Assembly (NCBI RefSeq): GCF_009914755.1
Contig: NC_060933.1
From: the human T2T-CHM13v2.0 reference genome, Homo sapiens
Strand: one strand, 5' to 3'
DNA: 64,000 nt
The position numbers were made by a program, and so were the translations under genes. Of the stretch, positions 58,971 through 64,000 are shown piece after piece. The notes under the pieces were generated by a model that did not search any database, was not told the DNA's origin, and saw only the letters and a list, made by a program, of their open reading frames with translations. Numbering within the stretch: position 1 is the stretch's first letter; every line of letters begins with the position of its first letter.

Positions 58971-59384
58971 TTATACCATAGTCAAGAGAACTTGAACAGT
59001 CCACAATTAAGTGGTGAGACTGTCTCTGGTATGATGCACAATGTATTTAACTTTACAAACAGACTCATTAATCTCTCAAAAGCTTAACACTGTCACCATT
59101 TTACAGACAGATCCAGCTAATGGTTGGAGGCCTTCCATGCGCCATCCAATAATGCAGGGAGAGGCAGTGACCATGCCCAGAACAGGATTCTAAAGTCCTG
59201 CCTTTCAAATCCCTGACCTAGAAAAAAGGACTACTCCATTTCTCACAGGAAAATGTGCCAGTCATGGAGGCCTACATGGCACGTCTCTGCACTGCTCCAG
59301 GTCAGGAGGGCCATCTGACACTGCACAGGCACCACTGCAGGGCAAAAGGATGATCAAGCATCCAAAGGCCACCGCCACCACTGA

Positions 59385-59550
59385 CTAGCTGAAAAACCAT
59401 GAAAAAGTTATATAATTTCACTGGATATAAAATTAAAGCAAGATTTTAATACTTACCTTGTAGGGTCACTGTGAAGATCAGAAATAAAATACAGAAGTAC
59501 ATGGCCCACTGCTTGGCATACAGTCAAGACTCAGTAATTAGTGGGTACTC
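59385..59550 (+). mobile_element. MIR
   Basis: atacttaccttgtagggtcactgtgaagatca...ttggcatacagt. Confidence 0.6.
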
Positions 59551-59691
59551 TGCATGCTTCGATGTCACCTCATTAACAGTTTCACTTCTACCTAAACTAA
59601 AAGCAGGAACAGGGTGTTCTTATTATTTTTTAAAATCTACAGTAGATATCTGCCCTGTTTGTTTAGGTGTTGTCTACACAGTATCTACTAA

Positions 59692-60830
<1,139 letters not shown>

Positions 60831-60984
60831 TAATATACAAACCAAATAGCAGCAAGAATTTGACACCTTTCAGTGACCAAAAGGACCACTGAAATAAGAA
60901 CTTAGTGATAAGAAATACCTTTCATTAAATTCTCACTGTACGTCAACTAAATATTTCAAATTTAGTATTTCCAATTACATAAAC

Positions 60985-61100
60985 TGAGGATGGGGGTAGA
61001 TATTATTATCTCTGCTTTACTGATAAGCAAATTATGAGTCAAAGAGCTTAAACAAATTGCCCAAGTTTAAATAGTAAGTGGTGGAGATGAGATACTACCT
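60985..61100 (-). mobile_element. MIR
   Basis: tattattatctctgctttactgataagcaa...ttgcccaag...agtaagtggtggag. Confidence 0.6.
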
Positions 61101-61246
61101 AAGATTTAGCTTTTTTCTTTTCTTAAGTATTACCAAGAAATAGTATTACTCGGAAATCTCACATATTTATAAGATCCCTTTGTTTTATGCTCTTATAGCA
61201 TCATGTGCCTTTTCACCAAATGATTCACCACAATTGTTCATTCTAC

Positions 61247-61290
61247 TTTTTTTTAAGATCGCGTCTCACTGTTGCCTAGGCTAAAGTGCA
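61247..61290 (-). mobile_element. Short Alu 3'-end fragment
   Basis: tttttttt-aagatcgcgtctcactgttgcctaggctaaagtgca resembles the reverse Alu terminus. Confidence 0.65.
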
Positions 61291-61424
61291 TTTTTGTGAT
61301 CCTTTGATTTGGGAAATTGTTTTCTCCCATTATCTTATAAACTTCCTCAGTTTACGTCTATCATGATTATTGCATATCATTGTGCATTGACTGACAATAG
61401 TAGATACTTAGCAAGTACTGTAAA

Positions 61425-61555
61425 AAAATAGAAAGGAAGGAAGAGAGAGAGGGAGGGAGGGGAGAAGAAGAGAGGAAGGAAGGAGAGTAAAGGGAAAAGA
61501 AATGAGGAAGGAGGGAGAGGGCAGAAGAGAGAATGGAAAAGTGAGAGGGGAAGGT
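61425..61555 (+). repeat. GA-rich low-complexity tract
   Basis: About 130 bp purine run. Confidence 0.85.
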
Positions 61556-64000
61556 AATTCCACAACCCCTTCACCACCCTTAAGCCCTTTCTTGAGATAA
61601 TTTAGGGCCTAGCAATAGACAGTGGTGACACTGTCCTCATGCAAAGGGATAAATAGAGGAATTCCGGAACAAGGCAGGAATATCATCATAAATGCCAAAG
61701 TCTTGTGGATACCATTTCTGACTCCCCCAAAACCCCACACAGTAGGAACAAACATGATAAAAAGTTTCACCTATTCCTAACTCCTTGTTCAAAACCCCTC
61801 GAGTCTCTTTCTTCTTTTCTTGATAAGTCTTAGGGTAACACACCAAGTTTTAAAACTCAGTTACAAATTTGCCCTTAACTGAGCATCTGAAAGGTTATCA
61901 CGCAGGATTTTTAGCTCTAACAGGGAGGAGGGTCTTTTGAGTTTATGGCCTGTTGAGCACTTTTGTGCTGAGTCAAGGAAGATAAGAGGAGTGGGAAACA
62001 GGAAGAATCCATTAGACAGTGTCTGTGCATATAATATCTTTTTTTGTTTTCTTTATGTAAGTTCTCTGATGGACAATAATGTCCCCAGGTAGCTAATGTC
62101 ACAAACCTCTTAAACATGAGAGAGAAATTGTACCATTTCTCAAAGGCAGCTTTTTGGAAGGGAAGATCAAAGAGGAGGCAGAATTAAAGCCTTAGCTCAA
62201 AAGGAAGACAGATTTCCAAAACTTCAGCTTTTGCCATTAAAACTTTCAGGTGTGTCCCAAGATAAATGATACATCATTGGCTACTACATCCCCACAGTGG
62301 CCTCACTACTACCTCAATTTGATTTTGTGAAGGAGTGCTGAAGCACTATCAAAGAACTTTGGTGTTCCCTTGCTTATGTCATAGTTACCTAGAGAAAAGA
62401 GAGTATGCCTTAGGAAATATTCCAGTTTAAAGCAACATTAAACATACCAAATTCATCACCGGGATTACAGTATATAGAATATTTTAAGTCAACCTGTATA
62501 TCTCTGTCAATTATATTTTATTTTAACTATGTGAGAGAAGGAATAAAAGTTACTAAGGTATCACCTTTTCTAGTAAAAGATAACCAAATAAATCCATTGA
62601 GAAGTCACGTTTATTCAAAAGAATTGGTTTCTCTGGACTTATGACATTTGAGTATAGTACCTCCTTTCTTCTAGAATACTCTGAGTTAATAAAAGTTTTT
62701 TTGAAAATGAAATCCATGGGTATGTGTCATAATAAGTAAATACTAAATGCTTGTAGTTTTTCAGAGACTTTTCTTAGGTGATGTCTATTCCTGAAGTATG
62801 ATCAGAATGCAACATCTAACATTTTACATAATTAAAGATTATAGTATTTTGTTTTAAAAAGCAAACTAGAAACCTCAAGAAAAACCTATCCACTGGCATT
62901 CCTTTGAAACATACATACAAAGAACTTTACGGTGTTTTTCCTTGCCTTTGGGTGTTTGTTTTACAAGAGAGGAACTCCAGGTGCAATCACTGAATGAGGA
63001 ATTAGAACCTCCCTCCAAGCTTTCATCTGATTGCATACCAACACATAACGAAGGACATGATATATTTACAGTAGCTAAAGAGTTAATCTTTAGCAACTCT
63101 GCTTAAAAATCCTAATGGCAGACTGCCCATCATTCTTTTAGACAGAGCTTGTCAGAAAAACTAGGGCAGCTTGTCCAGCTCAGCAGTCAACTGATTACTA
63201 GTGAACTCAATGGGGCTCCCAGCCAACCCCTGAGATTGCTGCCAGCCCCTTGGGTATTCAAAGGCCAAGTTCCAATGTGGTTTACTTTGCCAGAATCACA
63301 TGATGTCAGTGCTATTTTCTCCTGACCAGAATAACCAGTCATTCAGGTTACTGCAAGTGGTATCGGTGAACTAGGCATCACTTCACTGTTAGAGGTCACA
63401 TACACACCAAGGCTCTGCTCCTTCTCACCACGGCCGAGGGGCCACTGGAGCCTCCTGCAGGAGGTCAGCTAATCCCAGTTTGTCAGTTCCAGCCACCCAA
63501 ATCCTGCACGGGCATCCTGCACACCGCAGTCTGCTCCAAGGACCAGGAATTACACAGGCGTGCTGCACATGGCACACTTAGAGAACAAAACAAACAGGTC
63601 CAACTTTTATAAAGAACAAGCTGGAGAGGAAAACAACAGAAAACTGGTTTTGGCTTTCACTTATATTATATTACTCGAGGTTTAGTAGGCAAGCCACACA
63701 AATTCTGTGGGATTTAGTCACCGTTATCCACCTATGCCCACATTCTTTGCATGGTAGTAAGACATTAATTAATTTTTACATCTATCAGGAGATTTTTCAG
63801 TTGCTACAGGATTTGCAAGGGTACATGCATGTAAGGAGTAGCCAGTTTTTAAAACTGTGATTACCCTTATCTTTCGGTGAGAGAAAGTATTTCACTCCCT
63901 AATGCAGAGAATTAAAAAACAAGATCCACTTTTTAATCTTTCTTCCTCCAGAAGAAAATACAAACATCAGGAATAGCAAACGGGCTGATATGGCTGGTGG

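Noticed and set aside
62875-63096. Ser/Lys-rich minus-strand ORF that looks exon-like
   Set aside because: Weak flanking splice signals and no recognisable homology.

Overview
Human (primate) non-coding genomic DNA, AT-rich, with no intact protein-coding gene recognisable. The only protein-derived sequence is a disabled RPL7A processed pseudogene (15715-16595, +). The rest is about 14 Alu elements or fragments (including a 5'-truncated, pristine AluYa5), old MIR/L2 relics, hAT/Tigger MITEs, MaLR solo LTRs, microsatellites and a 400-bp polypurine tract. The window has little L1, long repeat-poor stretches, clusters of NFI motifs and minus-strand splice signals, which suggests a long intron of a minus-strand developmental gene. 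NFIB intron 2 is an unverified guess from memory. I found no convincing novel biological system. The best leads are a CFTR-like (TG)12T5-CAG|GT acceptor, candidate poison or recursive exons, an NFI/YY1 CpG-rich element, and several template-switch scars. Subfamily calls and old-repeat boundaries are by eye and approximate.
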